DNA of 64,000 nt from Actinomycetes bacterium. GTDB lineage: Bacteria; Actinomycetota; Actinomycetes; Nanopelagicales; Nanopelagicaceae. Location: contig JBAXKZ010000005.1 of assembly GCA_037135095.1 (NCBI GenBank), forward strand, positions 6,326-70,325, written 5' to 3'. The notes under the pieces were generated by a model. That model was given only the letters and a program-made list of their open reading frames with translations, had not been told where the DNA came from and made no database searches. Of the stretch, positions 54,731 to 63,719 are shown piece after piece. The first letter of the stretch is position 1, and the number at the start of each line of letters is the position of its first letter. Both the position numbers and the translations under genes were made by a program.

Positions 54731-55681
54731 ATGAAAGATCTCCTTCGTACCGAAGATCTCAGCCGAGCCGATGTTGATCTGCTCCTAGACACCGCTGCCG
54801 ATTTTGCCAAGAACCCGCTGCGCTCAACTGATGCGCTGGCGCATCGCACCGTTGCAATTTATATGACCAAACCTTCCACCAGAACTCGGTTGGCATCGGA
54901 AACTGCCGTGGCCCATTTGGGTGGCACGCCTATCTTTATTCGCGGTGATGAACTTCAAATCGGACGAGGCGAAACGATTGCAGATACCGCGCGCGTAATC
55001 AGTGGTTTTGCGAGCGCGATGATCGTTCGCACCTTTGCACAAGCTGATGTCGATGAACTTGGTCGTCATGCAACTATTCCGATTATTAATGGGCTGACCG
55101 ATTCCGATCACCCCACACAACTTTTGGCTGATTGGCTTACGATCCGAGAGGTTTTCGGATCAGATGTCTCCGGGCGCAAGTTCACCTACATCGGTGATGG
55201 CAACAACATGGCACACGCCTGGTTAACTATGGGAGCGATCTTAGGAGCCCACGTTGTGGCTGCTACCCCCAATGGAGATTGGGCGCCAGATCCTGAGGCT
55301 GTGGCCTTGGCCCAGCGAATCGCTGCCAAAACTGGTGGCAAAATTGAAGTGCTCCATGATCCAGAAGCTGCGGCTAAAGGCTCGAGCGTGCTCTATACCG
55401 ATGTTTGGATGTCTATGGGCGATCCAGAATCCGAGCGAATGGCCAAATTGAAGGCGCTGTCGCCTTTCAAGGTAACCCCGGAATTAATGGCGCTCGCTGC
55501 CTCGGACGGCATCTTCATGCACTGCCTGCCCGCTCACCGCGGCGAGGAGGTCAGCGCTGAGGTCATCGACGGTCCCCGCTCCTATATCTGGCGCGAGGCC
55601 TACCATCGCCGAACCACGATCCAAGCAATTTTGTACCACCTAACCCGAGGCGACCTTCAAGGGTCAGCACTACTAAGTTAG
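54731..55681 (+). CDS. argF: ornithine carbamoyltransferase
   Basis: STRTR, HPTQLLAD, DVWMSMG and HCLPAHRGEE motifs. 316 aa. Confidence 0.87.
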   Translation: MKDLLRTEDLSRADVDLLLDTAADFAKNPLRSTDALAHRTVAIYMTKPSTRTRLASETAVAHLGGTPIFIRGDELQIGRGETIADTARVISGFASAMIVRTFAQADVDELGRHATIPIINGLTDSDHPTQLLADWLTIREVFGSDVSGRKFTYIGDGNNMAHAWLTMGAILGAHVVAATPNGDWAPDPEAVALAQRIAAKTGGKIEVLHDPEAAAKGSSVLYTDVWMSMGDPESERMAKLKALSPFKVTPELMALAASDGIFMHCLPAHRGEEVSAEVIDGPRSYIWREAYHRRTTIQAILYHLTRGDLQGSALLS

Positions 55682-55767
55682 TGAAATTCGCCAGTTTGCC
55701 CGCTATTTAGAGGCAATTCACACCTAGGTTGGCAGAAATTGAGGTCCCGCCCCTATACCGTTGCCGC

Positions 55768-56898
55768 ATGTTGATTGCTGTAGCTAAAGAGATCCGGCCG
55801 GGCGAGAAGCGTGTCGCCCTAGTTCCGGACATTATTTCAAAACTTACTCGAGCAGGTCTAGAAGTTGTTATCGAAGCTGGCGCCGGACTTTCAGCGCAAT
55901 TCTCCGATGAACAATTTGCGCAAGCTGGCGCCACCATCAAAACTGGCGATGTTCTCGCCAACGCTGATGTTGTTGCCTCAGTCTCGCCCCTGACTCCGGA
56001 TCAGATGCGCACTTTGAAAAAAGGCGCCATCACTATCTCCTTCCTATCCCCTACAACAGCCGTCGATTCGATCGATGCCGCAGCTGGCGCTGGCGTAACG
56101 GCGATCTCATTGGAACTTGTACCGCGAATCTCGCGCGCACAATCCATGGATGCGCTTACTTCGCAAGCGCTTTGTGCCGGCTATCGCGCAACTCTCGTTG
56201 CCGCGGAACTTTCGCCTCGCTTCTTTCCACTTCTCATGACTGCAGCTGGAACGGTTACTCCGGCTCAGGTTGTAGTCCTTGGAGCTGGAGTCGCTGGTCT
56301 GCAGGCAATTGCAACGGCAAAGCGTTTAGGAGCTGTTGTTAGCGCGTATGACGTTCGACCATCATCTGCTGACGAAGTTAAATCAATGGGTGCCAAATTC
56401 ATTAGCCTTGAATTAGAAGCACTCGAAGGAAGTGGCGGTTACGCCCGAGAGATGACCGAAGATCGTGCGGCAAAACAACGCGAACTTTTGACGCCTTATA
56501 TTGCAAATGCCGACGTCCTTATTACTACTGCAGCCGTGCCTGGTCGCCCAGCACCACGATTGGTAACCGCCGAAATGGTTGCCGCCATGAAGCCGGGCGC
56601 AGTAATCGTCGATCTCGCTGCTGAAACCGGTGGCAACGTTGAAGGATCAGTTGCGGGTGAAATCACCATGACCGCAAATGGCGTCAGCCAATGGGGCGGA
56701 AAAGATGTCCCTAGCCAATTGCCATACCACGCTTCGATGCTCTTCTCTCGAAACGTTGTAAACCTATTGCTCTTGATGACTAAATCAGTCGATGGCAAGC
56801 CAACCGGTGAGGTCATTCCTGATTTCGCTGATGAAATTATTGATGCGGCAACGCTCACTATGAATGGCGCTCGTAGAACGCCGGAAGGAAAGAAGTAA
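55768..56898 (+). CDS. pntAA: NAD(P) transhydrogenase subunit alpha part 1
   Basis: Alanine-dehydrogenase-like dI domain (EIRPGEKRVALVP, VLGAGVAGLQAIATAKRLGA). Start set at ATG 55768. Confidence 0.92.
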   Translation: MLIAVAKEIRPGEKRVALVPDIISKLTRAGLEVVIEAGAGLSAQFSDEQFAQAGATIKTGDVLANADVVASVSPLTPDQMRTLKKGAITISFLSPTTAVDSIDAAAGAGVTAISLELVPRISRAQSMDALTSQALCAGYRATLVAAELSPRFFPLLMTAAGTVTPAQVVVLGAGVAGLQAIATAKRLGAVVSAYDVRPSSADEVKSMGAKFISLELEALEGSGGYAREMTEDRAAKQRELLTPYIANADVLITTAAVPGRPAPRLVTAEMVAAMKPGAVIVDLAAETGGNVEGSVAGEITMTANGVSQWGGKDVPSQLPYHASMLFSRNVVNLLLLMTKSVDGKPTGEVIPDFADEIIDAATLTMNGARRTPEGKK

Positions 56899-56900
56899 CC

Positions 56901-57239
56901 ATGACAACAGCTTCAACGGTCGCCGCAATGGCTCCAATGGCAGTTCTCACCATCTTCCTTCTCGCGATCTTTGTGGGATTCGAAGTGGTATCTAAGGTCT
57001 CCACGACCTTGCACACTCCTTTAATGTCCGGCGCAAATGCGATCCACGGAATTATTCTTGTAGGCGCAATCATTGTTGCCGATAATGCAACTAGCGGCCT
57101 CGAGACCACGCTTTCAATCGTGGCGGTTGTCCTTGCAACTATCAACATGGTTGGTGGCTTTGTTGTCACTGACCGAATGTTGGAGATGTTTAAGGGCAAG
57201 CCAAAGACTCCTAAGGCATCTAAGGAGGTCGCAAAGTGA
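56901..57239 (+). CDS. pntAB: NAD(P) transhydrogenase subunit alpha part 2 (membrane)
   Basis: 112 aa with 3-4 TM segments and the HTPLMSGANAIHG motif, between pntAA and pntB. Confidence 0.88.
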   Translation: MTTASTVAAMAPMAVLTIFLLAIFVGFEVVSKVSTTLHTPLMSGANAIHGIILVGAIIVADNATSGLETTLSIVAVVLATINMVGGFVVTDRMLEMFKGKPKTPKASKEVAK

Positions 57240-58630
57240 ATCAAAACATTTACGATCTCTTAGGTTTAGCATCCGCCGTCTGCTTTATCTTGGCTCTGAA
57301 AGGGCTCTCAACTCCAAAGACCGCTCGTCGCGGTAACTTGATTGGTGCCGCTGGCGCCACAATCGCCACGATCGTCGTTTTCTTTGCACCTAAAGCTGCC
57401 GGCGAGTCCCACCACAACACCATCTTGATCTTGGCAGCAATTGCCTTCGGTGTTTTGGTTGGCGTTCCAGCTGCACGCAAGATTCAAATGACTCAAATGC
57501 CACAACTTGTTGCACTGTTCAACGGTGTTGGTGGTGGCGCAGCTGCGCTTGTAGCAACTGTTGAATATCTAAACTTGAGCAAAGATGGCAAGCCATCTGC
57601 CGCGAACTTAGTTGCAACGGTCTTCACCGTAATCGTCGGATGTACCTCGTTCTCTGGTTCGGTCATTACCTTCATGAAGCTTCAAGAGCTCATGACTACT
57701 CGCCCCGTTGTATTCCCTGGTGGTCGCTTCGTAATCGCAGCTACTCTCGCTGGAGTTCTGGGTACTGGTGGTTGGGTAATTGCATCCGGTGGAAATACGC
57801 CACTGCTTGTCATGGGTGGACTCGCTCTGCTCTTCGGTATTTTGTTCGTGCTGCCTGTTGGTGGCGCCGACGTCCCAATCGTTATCTCGCTGTTGAACGC
57901 CTTCACGGGTCTCACGGTTGCTGCTAGCGGTTACGTACTTCAATCAACCCTTTTGATCGTTGCCGGTACATTGGTTGGCGCATCAGGAACAATCTTGACC
58001 CGCTTGATGGCAGCGGCAATGGGCCGTTCCCTCTTTGGAACGCTCTTCGGTGCCTTCACTGCTAAGCCACAAGAAGTATCTGCTGCGGGTGAGGCTCGAT
58101 CCGTTAAATCTGGTTCACCAGATGACGTTGCAATCTTGCTTAACTATGCCCAGCGCGTGGTTATCGTTCCGGGCTTTGGTTTGGCTGTTGCGCAAGCTCA
58201 GCACACCGTTCGCGAACTTGCGGATCTGTTGGCGGCAAAGGGCGTCGATGTTGCTTATGGCATTCACCCAGTTGCCGGTCGTATGCCGGGACACATGAAC
58301 GTACTCTTGGCTGAAGCCAGTGTGCCTTACGAGCAATTGGTTGAGATGGATGAGGTCAACCCGACCTTCCCACAGACCGACGTCGTTCTCGTAGTCGGAG
58401 CAAACGATGTTGTTAACCCAGCGGCAAAGACCACGCCTGGTTGCCCAATTTATGGCATGCCAATCTTGGATGTTGCCGAAGCTGGAAACGTCATCTTCCT
58501 AAAGCGCTCAATGCGTCCAGGTTTTGCCGGTATCGAAAATGAACTGCTCTACGATCCAAAGACCACCTTGTTGTTCGGTGACGCTAAGGATTCATTGACC
58601 AAAGTAGTTAGCGCACTAAAGGCGCTCTAA
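57236..58630 (+). CDS. pntB: NAD(P) transhydrogenase subunit beta
   Basis: N-terminal multi-TM region plus the dIII NADP(H) domain (GYGLAVAQAQ-like GFGLAVAQAQH, HPVAGRMPGHMNVLLAEA, GANDVVNPAA). Confidence 0.95.
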   Translation: MNQNIYDLLGLASAVCFILALKGLSTPKTARRGNLIGAAGATIATIVVFFAPKAAGESHHNTILILAAIAFGVLVGVPAARKIQMTQMPQLVALFNGVGGGAAALVATVEYLNLSKDGKPSAANLVATVFTVIVGCTSFSGSVITFMKLQELMTTRPVVFPGGRFVIAATLAGVLGTGGWVIASGGNTPLLVMGGLALLFGILFVLPVGGADVPIVISLLNAFTGLTVAASGYVLQSTLLIVAGTLVGASGTILTRLMAAAMGRSLFGTLFGAFTAKPQEVSAAGEARSVKSGSPDDVAILLNYAQRVVIVPGFGLAVAQAQHTVRELADLLAAKGVDVAYGIHPVAGRMPGHMNVLLAEASVPYEQLVEMDEVNPTFPQTDVVLVVGANDVVNPAAKTTPGCPIYGMPILDVAEAGNVIFLKRSMRPGFAGIENELLYDPKTTLLFGDAKDSLTKVVSALKAL

Positions 58631-58640
58631 TTCCAAACTT

Positions 58641-58674
58641 AAAAACCCCGCTGATTAATCGGCGGGGTTTTTTC
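58641..58674. terminator. bidirectional intrinsic terminator between pntB and the convergent OYE gene
   Basis: AAAAA-CCCCGCTG ... CGGCGGGG-TTTTTT. GC stem flanked by an A-run and a T-run, so it is usable on both strands. Confidence 0.75.
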
Positions 58675-58688
58675 ATGCTCAGATATTT

Positions 58689-59753
58689 CTAATTTTTGCC
58701 GCGAACAAGTTGCGGTTGCCATTTAACTTCTTGGCCCAGGACTTTGGCGGCATATAACGGCCATCGCGGATTGCGAAGGAATTCACGAGCCATCATCACG
58801 GCATCAGCTTCGCCGGAAGAGATGATCGCTTCAGCTTGCAGGGGGTCGGTGATCATCCCGACGGCAGAGGTAGTGACTCCGCCTTGGGCTTTGATTGCTT
58901 CGGAAAAGTGAACTTGGTAGCCAGGTCCCGGAGTGATCTTTGCGTTGTGAACGTTGCCACCGCTTGAGGTGTCGATGAGATCGGCTCCAAGTGCTATTAG
59001 CTCAGGGGCTACCTTCACCGAGTCCTCGATCGTCCAACCACCTTCGGTCCAGTCCGAGGCCGAGATTCGGACGAATAACGGCATTGAAACCGGCATGACG
59101 GCGCGAGTTGCGGCGACTATCTCTTTTAGGAAGCGAGTTCGGTTTTCGTAAGAGCCACCATATTCGTCGGTGCGAGTATTCGAAAGTGGTGAATAAAACT
59201 CATGCAACAAATAGCCATGTGCGGCGTGAATTTCTAAGACATCAAAGCCAGCTGCGATGGCGCGGGTTGCAGCCGTTGCCCAGGAGGAAACCAATTCTTT
59301 GATTTCGGCAACCGTTAATTCATGCGGAGTTGCATAGCCTTCAAAGGCGATGGCAGATGGCGCGACTGGAGTCCAACCACCTTCAGCTTCGGTGGCCATC
59401 AAGTGGTCAGAACCTGGATTTGTAGTGCCGGCTTTACGACCGGCGTGGGCTAGTTGAATGCCGATCTTTGTACCCATGGCGTGCGCAAAATCTGTAATTA
59501 CTTTCCAGGCCTTAACTTGTTCATCGTTATATAGTCCGGGGCAACCTATAGAGATTCGACCTTCAGCAACGACACCTGTCGCTTCGGCGAGGATCAAACC
59601 CGATCCTCCAGTAGCGAATGAACCTAGGTGAACTTGGTGCCAGGCGCCGACGATGCCATCTTTTGCAGAGTACTGGCACATTGGGCTTACCCAAGCGCGG
59701 TTGGAAAATTCGGTACCGCGTATTGTGATTGGATCAAAAAGATGTACGGTCAA
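58689..59753 (-). CDS. NADPH-dependent flavin oxidoreductase (Old Yellow Enzyme family, YqjM-like)
   Basis: FSNRAWVSPMCQY, IQLAHAGRK and EIHAAHGYLLHEF motifs. TTG start preceded by GAAAGG. Confidence 0.9.
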   Translation of the reverse strand: MTVHLFDPITIRGTEFSNRAWVSPMCQYSAKDGIVGAWHQVHLGSFATGGSGLILAEATGVVAEGRISIGCPGLYNDEQVKAWKVITDFAHAMGTKIGIQLAHAGRKAGTTNPGSDHLMATEAEGGWTPVAPSAIAFEGYATPHELTVAEIKELVSSWATAATRAIAAGFDVLEIHAAHGYLLHEFYSPLSNTRTDEYGGSYENRTRFLKEIVAATRAVMPVSMPLFVRISASDWTEGGWTIEDSVKVAPELIALGADLIDTSSGGNVHNAKITPGPGYQVHFSEAIKAQGGVTTSAVGMITDPLQAEAIISSGEADAVMMAREFLRNPRWPLYAAKVLGQEVKWQPQLVRGKN

Positions 59754-59843
59754 GGGAAGCCTTTCTAGGATTCTTAGTGCGAAGTTTGTGAGTGTGATGG
59801 AGCAAGCAATCTCACTTCATCTAGGTGCTGGCGCTGCTTTCGA

Positions 59844-60866
59844 TTAGCTTTCTTGGAGATCAGTAGGTGCTCCGTGCACATCCAAGATATTTGCTGGTGC
59901 AGTTGGTTCTGCAGCCGCATGCCCAGCTGGAATGGTTCCAAGCTTTCCTTTTTGGAAATCTTCGAAAGCTTGTAGAACTTCAGCTTTAGTGTTCATTACG
60001 AACGGCCCCATCCAAGCAACGCTTTCGCGAATCGGTTCCCCACCGAGAATCAGAACGTCCATCTCTGGTGAGCGCGACTCTTGGGTTTGATCGGCGCGCA
60101 TAACAAGAACGCCGCCATCGACCATCACGGAAAGTTGACCCGTATGTACTGGCTGGCGATCTTCGCCAACGGTTCCACGGCCAGCCAAGGTGTAAACCAA
60201 GGCGTTGTAGTCGGGGTTCCAAGGCAATCGGAGTTCAGCGCCTGGTTGCAAGGTTGCGTGAACCAAAGTGATTGGAGTTTGGGTTGAGCCTGGACCTTGA
60301 TGACCAGCAACTTCACCTGCGATGACTCGAATAAGTGCGCCGCCATCGAATGAAGAGAGAAGTACGACATCGCTTGCTCGAAGATCTTGATAAGCCGGCT
60401 TTGACCATTTCTTTGCGGCTGGCAGGTTCACCCAAAGTTGAAAGCCATGAAAGAGACCACCGCTCATTACGAGATGCTCGGGTGGCGTTTCGATATGCAA
60501 AATTCCAGCACCTGCGGTCATCCATTGCGTATCGCCATTGGTGATTGTTCCGCCGCCGCCATGATTATCTTTGTGATCGAAGATACCATCGATTATGTAA
60601 GTAACGGTTTCGAAACCACGATGTGGGTGCCATGGAGTGCCCTTTGGTTCGCCCGGGGCGTATTCAACTTCGCCCATTTGATCCAGGTGAATAAAGGGAT
60701 CGAGTTCTTCAATAGGTACGCCGGCAAAAGCTCGACGAACTGGGAAGCCCTCACCTTCGTAACCCTGAGGCGCGGTTGTAATTTTTTTAACGCGGCGAGC
60801 GCGAGCAGTTGGGTCGGCAACGACGCGGGGCAGGACGGTAATGTCGCTGACGGTTACTGCAGGCAT
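59844..60866 (-). CDS. pirin family protein (bicupin)
   Basis: FPVRRAF, PFIHLDQMG and WHPHRGFETVTYIIDG metal-site motifs. 340 aa. Confidence 0.92.
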   Translation of the reverse strand: MPAVTVSDITVLPRVVADPTARARRVKKITTAPQGYEGEGFPVRRAFAGVPIEELDPFIHLDQMGEVEYAPGEPKGTPWHPHRGFETVTYIIDGIFDHKDNHGGGGTITNGDTQWMTAGAGILHIETPPEHLVMSGGLFHGFQLWVNLPAAKKWSKPAYQDLRASDVVLLSSFDGGALIRVIAGEVAGHQGPGSTQTPITLVHATLQPGAELRLPWNPDYNALVYTLAGRGTVGEDRQPVHTGQLSVMVDGGVLVMRADQTQESRSPEMDVLILGGEPIRESVAWMGPFVMNTKAEVLQAFEDFQKGKLGTIPAGHAAAEPTAPANILDVHGAPTDLQES

Positions 60867-60897
60867 GTGCTTCCTCTTTCATTCAGATGAGCCGAAC

Positions 60898-60929
60898 GAG
60901 TAGTTGAACTTTCAACTACTCAGAGTATA
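60898..60929 (-). promoter_or_regulatory. -10-like TATACT followed by a perfect 24-bp palindrome (11-bp arms, 2-nt spacer): candidate promoter plus operator of pirin/OYE
   Basis: GAGTAGTTGAA-CT-TTCAACTACTC at 60898-60921. On the minus strand TATACT (60929-60924) lies 2 nt upstream, so a TSS would fall inside the palindrome. A 2-nt loop makes an RNA hairpin unlikely. Confidence 0.45.
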
Positions 60930-61128
60930 GAACCTTCTTGGGGGAATTTCTATTCCAGGGGCGAGCTGCTGCGGTTCGCCATGACCCGGCGGCGCTAATT
61001 CTCGAGCCACTCGTCACTTCGAGCCACCCACAAGCGAAATTCAAGGAGACCTTCCCAAGATCTGCGCTATCCACAACCCATTCCACCAATTTCCTAGAAT
61101 TGTCGGCGCCGCCTTCGAGGATATTCCC

Positions 61129-62640
61129 ATGTTGCAAAACGTAGCCAAGGATCCTAGACATTCACGGCCCAATTCCGAGCCATCGTCAATTTCCGGTGCA
61201 ACTGCCCTTTCCGAACTGCCCAGCCCTGCTCAGACATCGGAGAAATTTGTCCTCTCCCTTTTGAATCGAAGGGCAGGAATCGAGGTCTTAAATCACCTTG
61301 TTGCCATCGACCCAGCAGATTTAAATCGGACTGGGCGCGTCGATTACCTGAGCGCGCTAGAGAAGCAGAGCGCCTGGCTCAACGAGCTTTTGCAGCGAGC
61401 GATCGTTGCGGTTGCAGGCGATGAGCCCACTAAAGCAGAAAATCTTTGGACCGGCGTTGACGAAGCCGAACGCGAGGAAGTTGCAGCGGCTCTTCGCCTC
61501 TCTGGAAATACGGCACAATCACGAATCGATGTCGCACGAACCTTGGTTAATAGTCTTCCCAACACCTGTTCGGCGCTGGCCTCTGGTGAAATCTCAAGCG
61601 CGCACGCCACTGTCATCGCTCGCGAAAGCGCCACCGCCATCGACAAGGGAATCAATCCAATTTTGATTGAGCAGATCGAGCTCGAAGCGTTAGCTCATTC
61701 CGAATTTCACACACCAGCCCAAGTTGCCAACAAAGTTAGGACCTTACTTGCTCAGGTCGCGCCTGCCGCATTCGAGGAGGCGGTCGAATATGCCCGCGAT
61801 TGTCGTCGAGTCAATCTCTACCCCGAGGCAGATGGAATGGCAACTTTAGTTGCTTTGCTGCCGGCCCCTGATGCGCAAACCATTATGTTGGCCATTGATA
61901 AATTGGCGCGAAGGTTTCAAGAAGCCGATCGATCAACAATCGGAAGGTTCGAGAACGGTTCGCATTCTTCTCGTGGCGCAACAGCTGCTCAATCCGTTGA
62001 GGTCCCATCAGTATCTGGTGCTGATGCTGGTGCTGGTGCTGAACCAGAGATCGATCACCCGGCCGCAATGAAAACAATCGATGCCTACCGTGCTGATGCC
62101 CTAACTCTCTTTGCCACCAACTACCTGGCCACCAGCGAAGACGATTCATTAAATCATCGGCGCCCAGTCACTCTTAACCTCACAATGGATCTGCCAACCG
62201 CACTTGGCTTGGCAGAAAACCCGGGTCAGCTCGCAGGATTCGGGCCAATCCCTGCCTCGGTCGCGCGAGAACTTGCCGCCGATGCAAAGTGGCGCCGTTT
62301 TATTACCGAACCAGTAACTGGTGCGCTGCTTGATTACGGTCGGCTCATCTACGAACCACCACAACCGTTAGTTGATTTTCTCCTTGCTCGCGATCGCACC
62401 TGTCGCTTCCCGGGTTGTCGCCAACCCGGACGGCTGGCCGACATTGATCATGCCGATCCATGGGAAGCGGGCGGAAGTACCAATCTTGAAAATCTCGGAT
62501 TACTTTGTCGACGGCATCATCGACTTAAGACTCACGGTGGCTGGAAGTTGGAAAGCTTCGCTGATGGCTCCTGCGAATGGCTCTCTCCCGTTGGCAAGAA
62601 ATACCAAGTACCGGCTCGGCCGATTTCAGAAACCGTTTAG
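61129..62640 (+). CDS. DUF222 / HNH endonuclease domain protein (REP13E12-like)
   Basis: C-terminal HNH motif CRFPGCRQP ... DIDHADPW ... NLENLGLLCRRHHRLKTH, plus a long helical N-terminal region as in actinobacterial DUF222-HNH proteins. Confidence 0.8.
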   Translation: MLQNVAKDPRHSRPNSEPSSISGATALSELPSPAQTSEKFVLSLLNRRAGIEVLNHLVAIDPADLNRTGRVDYLSALEKQSAWLNELLQRAIVAVAGDEPTKAENLWTGVDEAEREEVAAALRLSGNTAQSRIDVARTLVNSLPNTCSALASGEISSAHATVIARESATAIDKGINPILIEQIELEALAHSEFHTPAQVANKVRTLLAQVAPAAFEEAVEYARDCRRVNLYPEADGMATLVALLPAPDAQTIMLAIDKLARRFQEADRSTIGRFENGSHSSRGATAAQSVEVPSVSGADAGAGAEPEIDHPAAMKTIDAYRADALTLFATNYLATSEDDSLNHRRPVTLNLTMDLPTALGLAENPGQLAGFGPIPASVARELAADAKWRRFITEPVTGALLDYGRLIYEPPQPLVDFLLARDRTCRFPGCRQPGRLADIDHADPWEAGGSTNLENLGLLCRRHHRLKTHGGWKLESFADGSCEWLSPVGKKYQVPARPISETV

Positions 62641-62682
62641 GGTTTGGACTCGGCCACTCTTCGAAACCGTTTAAGGTTTGGG
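62615..62682 (+). repeat. imperfect 34-bp tandem duplication spanning the HNH gene stop and the next ORF's RBS
   Basis: Unit A is 62615-62648 and unit B is 62649-62682, with 27/34 identical positions aligned by hand (shared CTCGGCC ... GAAACCGTTTA(G/A)GGTTTGG). Confidence 0.6.
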
Positions 62683-62683
62683 T

Positions 62684-62980
62684 ATGGAGAGTTTGGCTTT
62701 AGTGGTCGGAATTATTTTTCTAGTTGCCTTAACCGCCGGTCCATTTGCCCTCGGGATTTCCTTTATCCCTGTTGGAAAATACTTCCCTAAACTCGCCAAG
62801 CGAATCCTGGTCTCCCTATTTAGCGTTGCCGCCAGCATGAGTGGAGCTCTCTTGATCGTCTCTAAAGTGGCCATGCCCGCGCGAATTCTTGGGCTAGTTG
62901 GATTGAGCTGCGCCAGCTTGGCGATCTCCAGAACCTTTCGCCCGGCAAAACCTGAAGAAACATCCCCGAGCGAGCAATAA
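62684..62980 (+). CDS. small membrane protein (hypothetical)
   Basis: About 98 aa with 3 hydrophobic segments. ATG 62684 is preceded by AAGG. Competes with an opposite-strand ORF that looks less protein-like. Confidence 0.4.
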   Translation: MESLALVVGIIFLVALTAGPFALGISFIPVGKYFPKLAKRILVSLFSVAASMSGALLIVSKVAMPARILGLVGLSCASLAISRTFRPAKPEETSPSEQ

Positions 62981-62991
62981 GAATTTCTAAT

Positions 62992-63059
62992 GGCGCGGCC
63001 AATACCCACGCACTGACTTCTCGTCGGCGCGGCCAATTCCTAAGCACTGCCTTCTTACC
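62992..63059 (+). repeat. imperfect 34-bp tandem duplication in the spacer before the yceI terminator
   Basis: GGCGCGGCCAAT(A/T)CC..(A/C)GCACTG..CTTCT shared by units 62992-63025 and 63026-63059, roughly 75-80% identical by eye. Confidence 0.5.
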
Positions 63060-63097
63060 AAAAAAAAAGAACCGCCCCATCGGAGGCGGTTCTTTCG
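63059..63097 (-). terminator. intrinsic terminator after yceI (weaker in the plus direction)
   Basis: 10-bp stem AAGAACCGCC/GGCGGTTCTT with an 8-nt loop. The minus strand reads stem then T9-10. The plus-strand tail is only TCTTTC. Confidence 0.75.
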
Positions 63098-63114
63098 GTA
63101 AGAGTTTCTAACTA

Positions 63115-63675
63115 TTAGGCAACTTCGGCATTGCGGATCGCTGAGATGTCGAACTCGAGGCTGATCTTCTCGCCGAGCATAACTCCGCCAGTCTCTAGAG
63201 CAGCATTGAAGTTGACACCGAAGTCAGTGCGATCGATTGAAGATGAACCTTCGAAACCGATTCGGTTATTGCCGTAAGGGTCAACTGCATCGCCGGTGAA
63301 ATCAAGATCGATGGTTATTGATTTTGAGATTCCCTTGATCGTCAGATCGCCGGTTACCTTGTAGGTGTTTCCACCAGCTGATGCAAAAGCAGTTGAGACG
63401 AAAGTGATCGTTGGGAATTCTTCCATTGCGAAGAAGTCATTGCTTCGTAGGTGAGCATCACGATCGTTGTTGCCAGTGTCAATGCTGGTCGATTGAATGG
63501 TCAATTCGAGCTTGGAATTTGAAGGGGTTTCGATATCTAGAAAACCGGTTCCAGCGAAATCCTTGAATGAGCCGCGGACCTTGGCAACCATCACGTGGCG
63601 AATGCCAAAGTTGATGCTGCTGTGGGCGGCGTCTACGGTGTAGTGGCCGGTTAAAGATGCTGTTGCTGTTGTCAT
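63115..63675 (-). CDS. yceI: YceI family (polyisoprenoid-binding) protein
   Basis: YTVDAAHSSINFGIRHVMVAKVRGSF ... RDAHLRSNDFF are YceI lipocalin-like motifs. Start ATG 63675 has the strong AAGGAG RBS. Confidence 0.9.
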   Translation of the reverse strand: MTTATASLTGHYTVDAAHSSINFGIRHVMVAKVRGSFKDFAGTGFLDIETPSNSKLELTIQSTSIDTGNNDRDAHLRSNDFFAMEEFPTITFVSTAFASAGGNTYKVTGDLTIKGISKSITIDLDFTGDAVDPYGNNRIGFEGSSSIDRTDFGVNFNAALETGGVMLGEKISLEFDISAIRNAEVA

Positions 63676-63719
63676 CTGTCTTACTCCTTGGTTAGTTGTC
63701 TGACCGCAAAAAGTCATTT

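Noticed and set aside
60916-61161. ORFs of 81 aa (minus) and 68 aa (plus) in the pirin/HNH divergent spacer
   Set aside because: The two frames are mutually overlapping, have no RBS and no motifs, and the region is better explained as promoter DNA.
62671-63036. 121-aa minus-strand ORF opposite the small membrane ORF
   Set aside because: It would run through the 34-bp repeats and has an unremarkable composition. The plus-strand frame has an RBS and clear TM segments, and it faces the downstream terminator. Neither frame is certain.
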